Below are positions 1 through 12,120 of a stretch of 64,000 bases of DNA, in pieces. Where the stretch lies: assembly GCA_034780895.1 (NCBI GenBank), contig JAUZTB010000069.1, positions 19,312,582-19,376,581 on the forward strand, read 5' to 3'. Under the pieces are notes generated by a model. That model made no database searches, had not been told where the DNA came from, and saw only the letters and a program-made list of their open reading frames with translations. Position 1 is the stretch's first letter; each line of letters starts with the position of its first letter. Source of the DNA: Rhynchobatus australiae (Eukaryota). The position numbers were made by a program, and so were the translations under genes.

Positions 1-340
1 AAGATAGAGGCAGGAAGGTTGTTTCCACTGGTAGGTGAGACTAGAACTAGGGGACATAGCCTCAAGATTTGGGGGAATAGATTTAGGATGGAGATGAGGA
101 GAAACTGCTTTTCCCCGAGTGAATCTGTGGAATTCTCTGTCCAGGGAAGCAGTAGAGGCTGCCTCATTAAATATATTTAAGACACAGACAGATTTTTGCA
201 TAGTAAGGGAATTAGAGTTATGGGGAAAAGGCAAGGAGATGGATCTGAGTCCACGGCCGGATCAGCCATGGACTTACTGAATGGTGGAGCAGCCTCGATG
301 GTCCAGATGGCCGACTCCTGCTCCTATTTCTTATGTTCTT
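1..340 (+). mobile_element. CR1-clade LINE, 3' end
   Basis: Typical shark CR1 ORF2 C-terminus and 3'UTR (ctagaactaggggacatagcctcaag...gtgaatctgtggaattctct...ctcctgctcctatttcttatgttctt). Similar copies recur through the window. Confidence 0.85.
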
Positions 341-839
341 CAAACTGCCTGGCACTGGTCCAGAGGCGGATGAAGAGCTTGTACATGCCAGCAGATTTCT
401 GATATATGCTGTGATCTTGTTCTGTACAAAGGCCAGCAGATGGTTTCAGATCAAAGGATACAGTGGTGCTGGCATTGCCTTTCCAATTACGTCATTAAAT
501 TTAGACCATATGAGCAGGGCTCCGGAACGTTCCATCCCACTGGCAAGCAAGAAAATGCTGTTTTCGCTATGATTCCAGTTTACAGATTGAATAACAACAA
601 AGTGCTGTTACCAATTTAAAGAGATTTCAATGAGCTTTTGAAAGTCGTGATACCCACTGATTTAGCAAGCTAAAGTCACAGGTTGCTTCAGAAGGGGAGA
701 CTGCACGATACATAAAACAATATTGATGGTGTCTTGAGGAAAAACATCCCATAAAATAACGTCAGAAAGTTTATATGGTTATTCTTTGGAGCTGGGATAT
801 AGTCATAAAGCAAAATTCAGAATTTTAATCCCATTTCTA

Positions 840-1110
840 TTGCATCCTTCCCTGGTCACCCGTTCCAACTCTACAACTTTCCAAGATGTGTGTGCTCCTC
901 TCATCATAATGTTTTGAGCATCACCGAATTTAATTGCCCAACCAATGGCTGTTGTGTCTTTAGAGTTTAAGTTCTGGTAATCCTTACTTACTGAACTTTA
1001 GAGACATTTTAAAACCTCGTGTTTTATTCAAGCTCTTAGTTGTATTTCTTATCAAGTTCATATGCCGCTTGGTGTTATAATCATATCTGATATTGCTCCC
1101 ATGGAAGATC
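840..1110 (+). mobile_element. L2-clade LINE 3' fragment (old)
   Basis: Degenerate match to the L2-like tail seen at 17490-17740, 52040-52320 and 63330-63550. Confidence 0.45.
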
Positions 1111-1119
1111 AGGGGGGTT

Positions 1120-1510
1120 AGTGCTACAACATCAGTGGGTCAGTGCAGAAGGGGTGCTGCATTCTCAGAGGATCAGTACCCAGAGATGTCAGCACCACTG
1201 GAGAGGCAATCCTGAGGGATACTGCATTGTGGGAGGAGCAATACTGATGAAGCACTATCTGTCTTCAAGGAAAGATGTAAAATTCCCACAGCATGATTCA
1301 GATGAAGATCATGGAACTTTCCCAAGTACTGCCCTCCACCCCCTTCATGTCTGGGTTTGTATTTATCTTTTAATCCTTTAACCAACAACAATAAAACAGA
1401 TGATCCAGCCATTATCTCATTCCAGTTTATGTAACTACACATCAGAAGTACTTTGGTGGCCATGGAATGCTCAGGATCCTCCTGAGGTTATGAATGTCAC
1501 AACAGATGGT
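1120..1510 (+). mobile_element. Deu-domain SINE (SacSINE1/AmnSINE1-like)
   Basis: Contains gagggatactgcattgt...taaaattcccacagcatgatt...atttatcttttaa...accaacaacaataaaacagatgatccagccattatctcatt, shared with the other Deu-SINE copies in the window. Confidence 0.7.
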
Positions 1511-2069
1511 TCACCCTTTTTGCTCTAATTGCATTAACCATCCTTCAGATTAAGATATCGCCAGTTTAAATCTGCTCTATAGTGAGGATTAGACTGCCTG
1601 CTAAAATGTTTAATGGGGTCCCATGATCATAAATGATTGTGCCTGGAAGACAGAAGTTGGAGCAGATGATTGAGATTGTCCAGTGAGCATAGGTCTAAGC
1701 ATTCAGTGTAGTCCAAGGCTCACTCAACGACCTGCTCCTCTCTGTTCTTCACCACAGATTTACAAACTCTGGGTTGAAGAACTGCCAGAAAATCTCTATC
1801 TCTCCAGTAACATTTGAGATTTGGATAGATTGTGCTGCTTGAGCCTTGTACAGAACCTGGAACACAATTCGGCACTGCCAAGATTTCCAATGTTCAAAAC
1901 AGCTGTTGTGAAGAGGATACATTCTCTGCAGCTGCTCTGGATGGAATGTAATCCCTGAGCAAAAGGCATCTTGATTCTTCTCTTCAGCTCATACTTTTTC
2001 AGAAGATGATTGAAATCACCTTGGGGTCAATCATTGTTGGGAAGCAATCCTAACCAACTGGGAAGAAAA

Positions 2070-2330
2070 CGGGAAAAGTGACTGTTCCTGCCTCCACCAT
2101 CTCCCTCTGGCAACTCATTCCAGATACCAATTACTCCTTGTGTGAAAAATTTGTCCCTCAGATCCTCTTTAAAGCTCTGCCCACACATCTTAAGCCTGTG
2201 TCCACTGGTTTCAGCCACACTTACCATGGGAAACAGACTCTGGCAATCTAATGCGTCTCATAATTTTATATACCTCTATCATGTTACCTCTCAGCCTCCT
2301 TTGCTCCAGGGAAAACAGATCCAATATATG
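2070..2330 (-). mobile_element. CR1 LINE fragment
   Basis: ORF 2027..2227(-) reads SGHRLKMCGQSFKEDLRDKFFTQGVIGIWNELPE, the CR1 ORF2 C-terminal motif (RGH.LK...FF.QRVV..WN.LP). Confidence 0.85.
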
Positions 2331-2854
2331 TGCCTGCTTGCCCAGGGCAGGGGCTGACCAAATGAAACAGCAATTGAATAGGGGGACATCATATCATCAT
2401 GAACAAAGAGTAAATGGAGCCCCTCTGTGTGGGAGAATGAAAGCCTGAAACTCCACACCTTGAAATGTTTAAAAACTTTGTCAGTTCTTGATAAATGATT
2501 TCTTGATTATGAGGGTATTTAAATAGCTCTCTATTTAAATGTTTAAATAAAGCAGCTTAATTTAGTGGAAACCCACGGTTTATAATCAGGTCCATTTGGC
2601 AAGAACAGGATGCTTATGATTAATAACACAAGCTGTTCAGCTGTAGTTAACGTCAACAATAAATCAGCAGAGTGAAGGAGCCAGGTACAGAGAAAAACTG
2701 AGGCCACACCCAGGACCCTGCAGTGTGCGGCCAGGCACCGCACTAGAGTCTGTGTCAAACAGTGGTGGGCAGAAACTGATTGCCAGTGATCAGTCACAGC
2801 CAATGGTTTGGCTCTATGAGAAAGGCTCTATAGACAAAGGCTCCTGATCTCCTT

Positions 2855-3105
2855 GAGTGGACAGAGTGCCGAGCATCAGGGATGGACAACGTGCCCCAAT
2901 CTCCATAAATAGACAAAGGGTCCAAAGCTCCAAGGGTGGACAATGTGTCCCAGGGTCCATGGGTGGACAAGTGGACCTTTATCTCCCCAGTGAGCAGAGG
3001 ACCCCAAGCTTCTCAAATGGACAAATGGTCCTGAGCTCCATGGATGAACTCTACCAGTATAACCTCCATGGGTAAGCAAAGGGCTGGAATTCCATGGGTT
3101 GGCAG
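2855..3105. repeat. Degenerate ~22-bp tandem repeat (atggacaaagggtcc...)
   Basis: Recurrent (a/g)tggacaa...ggtcc...ctcca units. Confidence 0.65.
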
Positions 3106-4632
3106 TGTAGGAACCACTGGACAATAACCACCTGTGCTTATCTTAGTGCACAGTGCAAAATCTCCCAGAGCTCTTCTCTGACTGCAGGAAGCACTAAAAA
3201 TACTTAATACCATAAGAAGGTTTGAAAGGATAAAGTAATCCTACTTGCTCATTTTGTACCCAACCCTCTCAATCCTAATTGTAGTCCTTGCCCTACTGCC
3301 ATTGGAGTCAAACCAATCTGGAAACTTCTCTTGTGCCTTCATTCCTCATTTCGCGAGGAGTTTCTCAGCCCGTTTTTTTGTAAAGATGTCAGTTGGCCCA
3401 GAATCACATCACTTTTCTCTCAGTTAGTTCCACATGTAAAAACAATTAATTTAGGGTCAGCCAACAGCTTCTGGGTTGCTGTTTATTGTACATAGTTCCA
3501 TGGGGCCATCCAACTCCACTCATTTACAGGCTGAATCTAGGGTCTGTGTAAACAACTTGGAAAAATATAACATTACTTTATTTCTATCTTATAAACTGAG
3601 TGGATGAGTTCCCACCCATGTGTTGGTTTCTGATCTTGCTGAACCCACCCTCCCCCACCCCAGAATATTCGTAGATTAAGCCCAGTGTGTGACAGTTGGG
3701 AATTTACAAAGCCTTCAATCACATCAGGATAAAGAAGCAAAAGAATCTACGCTTATATTAGATGGAAGAGCTGCTAACATCTGGATTCATGGGTGGAAGG
3801 GCCTCTGGTCACAGCTGGAGTATGGGGCTGAGATGCCTCATTGTTAGTCATTTCAGTCATAGCTGAAATAAGAAGCAGGCAGACCTCTGGTCACATCTGG
3901 ATTCACAAATGCAAAGGCCTCCAGTCACAGCTGTATTAATGGGCAGTGGCGTCCCTGATTGTTTGTTGGCAGGGTTCACCACTTGCTGTCATTAAGGTTC
4001 AGACACTCCCTGTGCTCGGCTACCTCTCTGTCCAGCACAAGCATCAGCTCTCGGCAGCCCTCCCACTTGCTCACTTACACTGCTGGTCTCTCTGGCTGTN
4101 NNNNNNNNNNNNNNNNNNNNNNNNNNNNNNNNNNNNNNNNNNNNNNNNNNNNNNNNNNNNNNNNNNNNNNNNNNNNNNNNNNNNNNNNNNNNNNNNNNNN
4201 NNNNNNNNNNNNNNNNNNNNNNNNNNNNNNNNNNNNNNNNNNNNNNNNNNNNNNNNNNNNNNNNNNNNNNNNNNNNNNNNNNNNNNNNNNNNNNNNNNNN
4301 NNNNNNNNNNNNNNNNNNNNNNNNNNNNNNNNNNNNNNNNNNNNNNNNNNNNNNNNNNNNNNNNNNNNNNNNNNNNNNNNNNNNNNNNNNNNNNNNNNNN
4401 NNNNNNNNNNNNNNNNNNNNNNNNNNNNNNNNNNNNNNNNNNNNNNNNNNNNNNNNNNNNNNNNNNNNNNNNNNNNNNNNNNNNNNNNNNNNNNNNNNNN
4501 NNNNNNNNNNNNNNNNNNNNNNNNNNNNNNNNNNNNNNNNNNNNNNNNNNNNNNNNNNNNNNNNNNNNNNNNNNNNNNNNNNNNNNNNNNNNNNNNNNNN
4601 NNNNNNNNNNNNNNNNNNNNNNNNNNNNNNNT

Positions 4633-5030
4633 TATCCATTCCCCACCTTCACTTCCACTTCTCTCTCCCAAACCCTCCATTGTATCTTTCTTCATTCACA
4701 GTCTTTCCATTTCCATTTCTCTCTGTCAGTCCTCTTGCTCCCTCTTTCCCTACTCCTTTCACTCCATTCTATCTCCCTCCCTCTTCTCAGTTTACCGCTC
4801 CCCCTTTATCATCCTCTTTCCTTCATTTCCCTCCCTCTCCTCCTTCTCCCTTCCCTACCACTCTTCCTACTCTCACTCACTTTCCAGCTCACTCACTTTC
4901 TCCCTCCTCTTCATTCTCTTTTCCTTTGCCTTCCTCTCTCTCCCTCTGCCCCCTCGCATTCTCCCTCACTTTGTCTTCCACTTTCTCCCTTGTGTCCTCT
5001 CATTGTCTCTTTCTCGTTCCCTCCCTCCCA
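4633..5030. repeat. CT-rich low-complexity tract
   Basis: Near pyrimidine-only composition next to a gap; it produces spurious L/S/P-rich ORFs. Confidence 0.9.
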
Positions 5031-5639
5031 ATTACATCAATCCCTTCAACGGGTCACTGTTTACCATGCTTACAAGTGCCTGTCTTTTAATTACAATACA
5101 CCTCTTGATCCTGGATGCAGTAAGCAGCCCAGAGTTCAGATCTACACCAATTCTCCTTTCACACACTGTGAAACTCCTGGGGCATTGGAACTCCAGAGAA
5201 GGTGGCTCTTGTACAGTCATGTTGCATCTCAGATACTGAGACCAATATACTCATGGGTAGTTCTGCTAACCCTATTGGGGAGACCTTAAACCAGCTTGGC
5301 AAAGGGTATGGGAAACTAAGCATGGATTCAAGAGGGAGAAAGGCACAACAAGAAATGAAATGCAGAAAAATAAATAAGAATAAACAAACATTAGAAAGTA
5401 GACACAACAAGATTCTGGCTGGTCTTTGGTGGCAGATACGCAAGAATGAGAAATACAGTCAAAAAAACACATTAGTTGAATGCTTGAACAGAAGTATGAA
5501 ATTAAAGCGGTCATTGAGGTATGACTTATGGAGGGACAGAATTGGCAGCAACTCTCCTGGCTGCAGGGTTTTCAGGTGAGTTAGGGAGGGAGCGAAAAGA
5601 GAGGTGAGGGGTGATATTAGTTCAAGAAATAATGCCAGC

Positions 5640-6265
5640 TAGAATATTGTGTTACAGGGTTCAATCATGAAGCTACATGGGTTGACCTAAAGAGCAATAA
5701 GATGGGCAATCCCACTGCTGGGTAATATGAGGGAGATGGAACAAACCTGCAGGTAAATTTCTAACTTGCAAAAATACTGGGGCTGTATAGTGGAGGATAT
5801 CAATTACCTGAAATGGCATCAGAGTACCTTTGAGACCACAGGATTTCTAAGTTGCACTCAGAGAGCTTTTTCAGCCAGTGTGCAACAAGCCAACAAGATG
5901 GGATGTAATCCTGCATCGAAAGCTGGTGGAAGGAGGATTAGTGNNNNNNNNNNNNNNNNNNNNNNNNNNNNNNNNNNNNNNNNNNNNNNNNNNNNNNNNN
6001 NNNNNNNNNNNNNNNNNNNNNNNNNNNNNNNNNNNNNNNNNNNNNNNNNNNNNNNNNNNNNNNNNAAAGTGGAATGGAAACAAGTGGAAGATAAATTAGT
6101 CTCAGTAATGGGAGGCATTTAAAGAGGAGGTTCAAGGGCTTCCAGGTAAATATGTTCCCAGAAAAGGGGTGGGAATTGCAACCATTGAGCAGTCTGGATG
6201 ACAAGCTGAACAGAGGCTAAATTAAGGCATAAAAGGAAAGCTTACATGATTACTTAGAGCTTATT
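5640..6265 (+). mobile_element. CR1 LINE ORF2 5' (endonuclease/tether) fragment
   Basis: Decayed IVEDINY...W and FLSCTQ..F..Q.V..PTR...IL-type endonuclease motifs. Gapped, and followed by an RTE insertion. Confidence 0.6.
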
Positions 6266-6269
6266 ACAA

Positions 6270-7010
6270 TCACTCCAGAACCAAGGTCAAGCAAACCTCA
6301 GCTGCAACGTACATTTGCACGCATCCGGAGGCTGAGCTCCAAGCCATCATTTACTGAAACATGCGAGAGGATAGAGGATTCAACATTCACAAGACTGAAG
6401 TCCTCGAATAACACTGCCCTCTGACACAGAGGGTTCGCAGTGAGACCCTGGAAAATGGGGACCACTTCCCATACCCAGGGAGCTATCTCTCAGCCAAGGC
6501 ATACATCAAAGATAAAATTCACCATCACTTTCAATGCACCAGAGCAACATTTTGTTGATTGAAGGATAAGGTATTTGAGGATTATGACTTCAGCACTGGC
6601 TCAGAGCTCATGGTCCACCAGGCAGCAGTGATCCCTGCCCACCTGTGTAGTTCTGTGACTTGGGCTATCTACAGCAGGCACCTCAAGGAATTGGAAAGAA
6701 TACCATGAATGCTGTCTCCACAAAATCCTCCAAATTCATGGGACAGATAAATGAACCGATGTTAGTGACCCCTTCCAGGCCAACACCCCCAGCAATAACC
6801 CCTAGTCACACTCAGACAGCACCACTGGGTAGGCCCAACATTTGAGTCCCAAAACAGACAACTGAGCTCAGCCATGGGAAGAGATCAACAAAAGAAGAGG
6901 AAAAGGCTCAAAGATGTACTGAAAAGATGCAACATCCTCACTGACTTCTGGGAATGTCTGGCCCATCACCGTTCAAAGGGGAGAAGGAGTATTTGGGATG
7001 GGTATCCCTG
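6270..7010 (+). mobile_element. RTE (BovB-like clade) LINE 3' fragment
   Basis: Decayed translation TLENGDHFPYPGSYLSAK, AAVIPAHL.SS.TWAIYSRHLKELE and KRLKDVLKRCNILTDFWECLAHHRSK.RRSIWDG, typical of the RTE C-terminal region. Confidence 0.85.
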
Positions 7011-7084
7011 TAAAGCACCTCCTCCCCTATCTACGGAAGAGGCAGAATCCCAAAGGCTCCTTCTCTCTCCTTAGAGTAATCATG

Positions 7085-8165
7085 GGCCAGAGATTTCCCA
7101 AAGTGGGAGAAAGTCATCCTAAATTCCAAGGGACTGATTAAAAAGAGGTATGAGGAAAATGCAGTTGAAGAATATAGAAAATATAGGAGGGAAATTAGGA
7201 AAGCAAAGAGACCGTATGAAAAAAAATGCCAGCAAATAAAATCCAAGAACGTGTTATAAATAATAAAGTACAAGAGGAAATGTAAGGAAAGAGTCGGGCC
7301 TGTTAGGGACCAAAAGGTAGCCTACATGGGGATATGGGAAACGTTCTTAATGAATATTTTCCATTTGTCCTCACAAAAGAGAAGGATGATACTGATGTAG
7401 CAGTTAAAGAATGCGAATTATTAGATGGCTTAAACTTTGCAAAAGAGGAAGCATTAAAGGATTTAGCATTGTTGAAAGTGAATAATTTGCCAGGTGTAGA
7501 TGAAATATATCGTCAGCTACATAGGTGGTGCCAGAGAGTTGAAAGACTGCTGTCATTGTACCATTGTTTGAAAGGGGTGTAAGCAATAAACTGAGTAATT
7601 ACAGGCCCATTAGTTAACTTAAATGGAGAGCAATTTACTGAAATCCATTCCAAGTGACAGTATAAATCATTACTTAGAAAGGCACAGGTTAATCAGGGAT
7701 AGTTGGCATAGTTTTGTTAAGGGAAGGTCCTTTTAGGTTAACTTGTTTGAACTTTTTGAGAAGGTAACAAGAAAGTTATTTACCCTGGGATGGACAAGGC
7801 TGATAGGGATATAGAAAATTATGAGGAATGTAGATAGGGTGGATAGCAACAAACTTCTCCCCACAGCAGAGATGTGTAAAATCAGAGGGGATAGGTTTAG
7901 GGTGAGGAGTAGGAGGTTCAGAGGGTTTTTAAAGAAGAATGTATCCACTCAGAGGGTGATTGGAATTTGAAATACACAGCCTGAAGGGAAGCTGCAGGCA
8001 AAGACTTTCATATCATTTAACAAGTACTTGGATGAGCACTTAAATCACCAAAGCAGAGAAGGCTACGGGTTAAATGCTGGAAAATGGAATTAGTACAGAT
8101 GTGTACTCAATGATCGGCATGGACATGGTGAGCTAAGGGCCTGTTTTGTGCTGCGTAACTGTATG
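7085..8165 (+). mobile_element. CR1 LINE ORF2 fragments (internally deleted)
   Basis: MGNVLNEYFPFVLTKE, LALLKVNNLPGVDEIY, NYRPIS and HSFVKGRS motifs, then a CR1 3' end (gggcctgttttgtgctgcgtaactgtatgac). Confidence 0.85.
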
Positions 8166-8169
8166 ACAG

Positions 8170-8905
8170 CAAGCAGGTATTGGACACAAAAGGGGCGATG
8201 CATTTGGTAGAGCAGCAACAAGGCAGGGGAATACAAAATAAATGGGAGAACACTGAATGGTGTGGAGTGACGTTGGAGTCTATGTCCATGGTCCTTAAAG
8301 ATAGCAAGAGTGGTCAATAAAATGGCTAAAAATACATGTAGGATTCTTCCCTTTATTAGCTGAGGCAGAGAATAAAAGAGTAAGGAGATTCTGCTGGAGC
8401 TGAATACGCCGCTTGAGTAATGCTCCGCACATTACAGAAAAGATGTGATTGCACTGGAGAGGGTGCAGAGGAGATTTACGAGAGTGTTGTCAGGACTGGA
8501 AAAATTTAGCTGTGACGGAAGATTGGATCAGCTAAGGTTGTTTTCTTTGGAACAGAGGAAGCTAAGGGGATACTGAATTGAGGTGTACAAAACTATGAGG
8601 ATCAGGACAAAGTAAATAGGAAGGACCTATTTTTCTTAGCAGAGGGGTTAAAAGCCAAGAGGCATAGATATAAATAATTAGAAGGTTTAGCAGAGAGAGG
8701 AGGAAAACTATTTTCACCCAGAGCTCACTCACTGCATGAAAGGGTGGTAGAGATGGAAAACCTCATCACATTTTAAACGTACTTGCAGAAGAAGCTGCAA
8801 GTGACCTGCAGGGTCATGGAGCTGATGCTGGAAGGTGGGGAGGTCTTTCCCCACTGCGTGATGGCCCAAATGGCCTCCTGAGTTGTAAATTTTCAAATAT
8901 TCTAT
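8170..8905 (+). mobile_element. CR1 LINE 3' half
   Basis: gatgtgattgcactggagagggtgcagaggagatttacgag encodes DVIALERVQRRFT; LFSLEQRKLRG follows. Confidence 0.85.
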
Positions 8906-9554
8906 CTTCTAAATTAAAAGGTCCAAAACTGCACATGAATCAGCCTCAATCGCAGCGAGAGACTGTTGTTTTCCTCTTATTTTGATGTTGTTTTCCTGTT
9001 CTAAGGTCGTGGTGTTCTCTGTGCTTGGAGCTCACTGCAAGAAGGCTGGGATTATGTGGCTGAGGTCCACAGTCTCCACATCCATCCAAGGTCAGGGACA
9101 CCTCCACACAAGCAGCTGGGAGGGAGGCCAGCAGAGAGAGAATCACAAGGAGTTTCAGCATTGTTCACTACTAAAGGGAGGGATAAATTATTGGAACAAA
9201 GCCAAGTGGTGCAAGTTCCTGAGATCAGCTGAAACCATGGACTGGGGTGGTGGAGCAGGGGTCATGGCAGAGGATGGGGAGGACCAACCTAGTAAGAGCA
9301 GGATAGGCTTCCTGGGAAGGCCAAATATTAACTCTGCAATTTTGATTTAATTGTTTCAAATCTTGAAGCCCGCATAAAATTGCTGAGACATCCTTAGTAG
9401 GTTTAAAATATGGCAAGAGAAGAAGAGCAAATAAATTCTGTAACAGTCTGTTAGGGTGCAGGTTCCAACCAAAACTAATAGATGGGCAAAAGATTCCCAG
9501 GTTGAGATTTCCCAAATCCTGAAGCTGCAAACACAAGTGGGTTGTCGCAATACT

Positions 9555-9645
9555 AGAGAGACAAAGGACTGCATATGCTGGAATCCAGATGAAAAACACG
9601 ATGATGCTGGAGCAACTCAGCAGGCCAGGCAGCATCCGTGGAGAA
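9555..9645. mobile_element. Penelope-like element pseudo-LTR fragment
   Basis: gactgcatatgctggaatc...gctggagcaactcagcaggccaggcagcatccgtggaga matches the termini of the element at 48791-51299. Confidence 0.7.
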
Positions 9646-9844
9646 AAGTGGGGTTGCCATAATGGTGCAGCCCACACTCCGATTCAGATCAAATGGAACA
9701 TGCTATAACCCTTCATCAAAAGGATATTTAATATCTTCACCAGAGCGTCCACCCTGGCCCCTTCCCAGCCTCTATCATGGTTCTAGGATCCATTGAAACC
9801 AATCCTCAGTGACGGTCAATGTCTCTGGAATCCGTAGCCCAGTA

Positions 9845-10215
9845 TGGGTCAGTGTATATGGAACCCACCCTGAGTGAGGGTCAGTGTGTGTGATACCTGT
9901 CCCCCAGTGAGAATCAGTGTGTGTGTGGTACCCATCCCGCAGTGAGAGTCAGCGTATGTGGAACCCACCCTGAGTGAGGGTCAGTGTGTGTGATACCTGT
10001 CCCCCAGTGAGGGTCAGCGTGTGTTCGACCTGTCCCCCAGTGAGAATCAGTGTGTGTGTGGTACCCGTCCCGCAGTGAGAGTCAGCGTATGTGGAACCCA
10101 CCCTGAGTGAGGGTTGGTGTGTGTTGGACCTGTCCCCCAGTGAGAATCAGTGTGTGTGGGACCTGTCCCCTAGTGAATGTCAGTGTGTGTTGGACCTGTC
10201 CTCCAGTGAGAGTCA
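9845..10215 (+). repeat. ~33-bp minisatellite (gtgagggtcagtgtgtgtgggacccgtccccca family), ~11 units
   Basis: Direct tandem units are visible. The same unit occurs at 15425-15505(-) and 56270-56700(+). Confidence 0.9.
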
Positions 10216-10222
10216 GGTCTAC

Positions 10223-10335
10223 CAGTTCTGAGGAATGGTCTTCAACCTGAAATTTTAACTGAAGCTGCAAACCTGCTGGTTGCTTCTAACATTTTCAGTT
10301 TTTGTCTCAGGTTTCCAACATCTGCATTTTTTCAC
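10223..10335. mobile_element. Penelope-like pseudo-LTR fragment with degenerate hammerhead motif
   Basis: cagtt-CTGAGGA-atggtcttcaacct-GAAA-ttttaactg, followed by ...acctgctg...ttccaacatctgcatttttt. Confidence 0.6.
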
Positions 10336-10929
10336 TTCCTGCCAGAGAAACATGACCTCCATCCCCCCCACCAGTCTCTACCCCACCACCTCCCCACCCT
10401 CATCACCACCCCCTCCCCCCCTACATCACCACACACATACATACATACATAGGCACTGGCTAAGAGACAACATCTGAGGAGACTGAGAGGNNNNNNNNNN
10501 NNNNNNNNNNNNNNNNNNNNNNNNNNNNNNNNNNNNNNNNNNNNNNNNNNNNNNNNNNNNNNNNNNNNNNNNNNNNNNNNNNNNNNNNNNNNNNNNNNNN
10601 NNNNNNNNNNNNNNNNNNNNNNNNNCAAAGGTTTTACTTCTGCTGCAGAAAGATATCAGAATTATGTCTGAAACCAGAGTGGAAGAGAATATACCTAAAG
10701 GAATTCCAGCCTTTATCACAAGAGAAATCAAAAGAGCTGGAAGTTATGCCTCAGATGTACAGAGCTGTGGTCAAATCCCTACTGGATTATTGTGTTCAGT
10801 TCTGGTCAGCACATCACAGGAAGGATATATTGGCCCAGGTGGCACTACCATGCAGTATCAGAGTGATACCAGGGCAAAGAATGTTAATTTGAGGATAGAG
10901 TTCATTAGCAAAGCATATCTTCTCCAGTA

Positions 10930-12120
10930 ACGGAAGCATGGGAAGAGGTGGCCAGGGCTCTAATGGAGATATTTGTATTTTCGTTACCCACAGATCAGGT
11001 ACCAGATGACTCGAGGATAGTTAATGCTGTCCCCTTTTTTAAAATGGGCAGTAGCAATAATCTTGGAAACTACAGGCTGGTGAGCTTTACATCAATGGTA
11101 GGGAAGTTGTTTGAGAAGTTTCTCAGGGATTTACGTTTATTTCAAAAGGCATGGACCGAATGAGAGTAGTCAGCATGGTTCTGTGCAGGGGCGATCATGT
11201 CTCTCAAATTTTTTGAGGAGGTAACTAAAAAGATTGATGAAGGTAGAGCAGCAGACATGGTTTACATGGACTTCAGAAAGGGTCTTGACCAGGTCCCACA
11301 TGGTAGTCTGGTCCAGAAGGTTAAGGCACAAGGGATTCAAGGCATGTTGGCAAACTGGATACAAAATTGGTTTGGTGATAGAAGGCAGAGGGTAGTGATG
11401 TCAGGTGTCTTTCTGACTGCTAGTCTGTAACTAGTGAATATTACAAGGATTGGTGCGAGGATCTTTGTTGTTTGTAATGTGTGTGGTTAACTTCGATGAG
11501 AATGTAGGCGATATGATTGGCAGGTTTGCAGATGACACGAAAATTGGTGGATCACAGATAGTGAAGAAGGTCATCTGAGGATACAGCAGAACATAGATCA
11601 GCTGGGAAGTTGGACATGGCAATGGCAGAGGGAATTTAATCCAGACAAGTGTAAGGTAATGCACTCTGGGAGTTCAAATTCTGGTTGGAAATACAGAGTA
11701 AATGGCAGAGACCTTAATGTACAGGAGCATTAATGTACAGAGAGACCCTAGGGTGCAAGTTCATAGCTATCTGAAAGTGGCAACACAGGTGGATATGAAA
11801 GTGAAAAGGCTATTGGTATTCTTGCCTTCATAAGCCAAGGCATCGAGTATAAGATTGGGATGTCATGTTGCAGCTGTACAAAACATTGGTTTGACCACAC
11901 TTGAAGTATTGGTACAGTGAAGCAATCAGAACTACAGGAAAGATATGGTAGCAATATACAGAGTGCATTAGAGATTTACCAGGATGTTGTCTGGAATGGA
12001 GGGCTGTAGTTATAAAGAGAGGTTGGATTTATTCTCACTGAAACAAAGGAGGCTGAGAGGTTACATTTCAGAGGTTTATACAATTATGAGGGACATAGAC
12101 CAGGATAGTCAGACTCTTTT
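10930..12120 (+). mobile_element. CR1 LINE reverse transcriptase region (decayed)
   Basis: ORFs read DQVPDDSRIVNAVPFFKMG...GNYRLVSFTSMVGKLFEK and FFEEVTKKIDEGRAADMVYMDFRKGLDQVPHGSLVQKV...WIQNWFGDRRQRVV. tttgcagatgacacgaaa encodes FADDTK. Confidence 0.95.

Noticed and set aside
3946-5289. Long ORFs of 200-450 aa (also 48757-49639, 50268-51158 and 21781-22182)
   Set aside because: They span N-gaps and CT/GA low-complexity tracts and are artefacts.
9006-9090. Plus-strand exon-like segment (ttttcctgttctaag...CAAG|gtcagg)
   Set aside because: The donor is weak, no frame gives a recognisable protein, and no partner plus-strand exons were found.
10930-12120. Reverse transcriptase ORFs as an active element or domesticated gene
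   Set aside because: They are fragmented by stops and frameshifts and are an ordinary decayed CR1.
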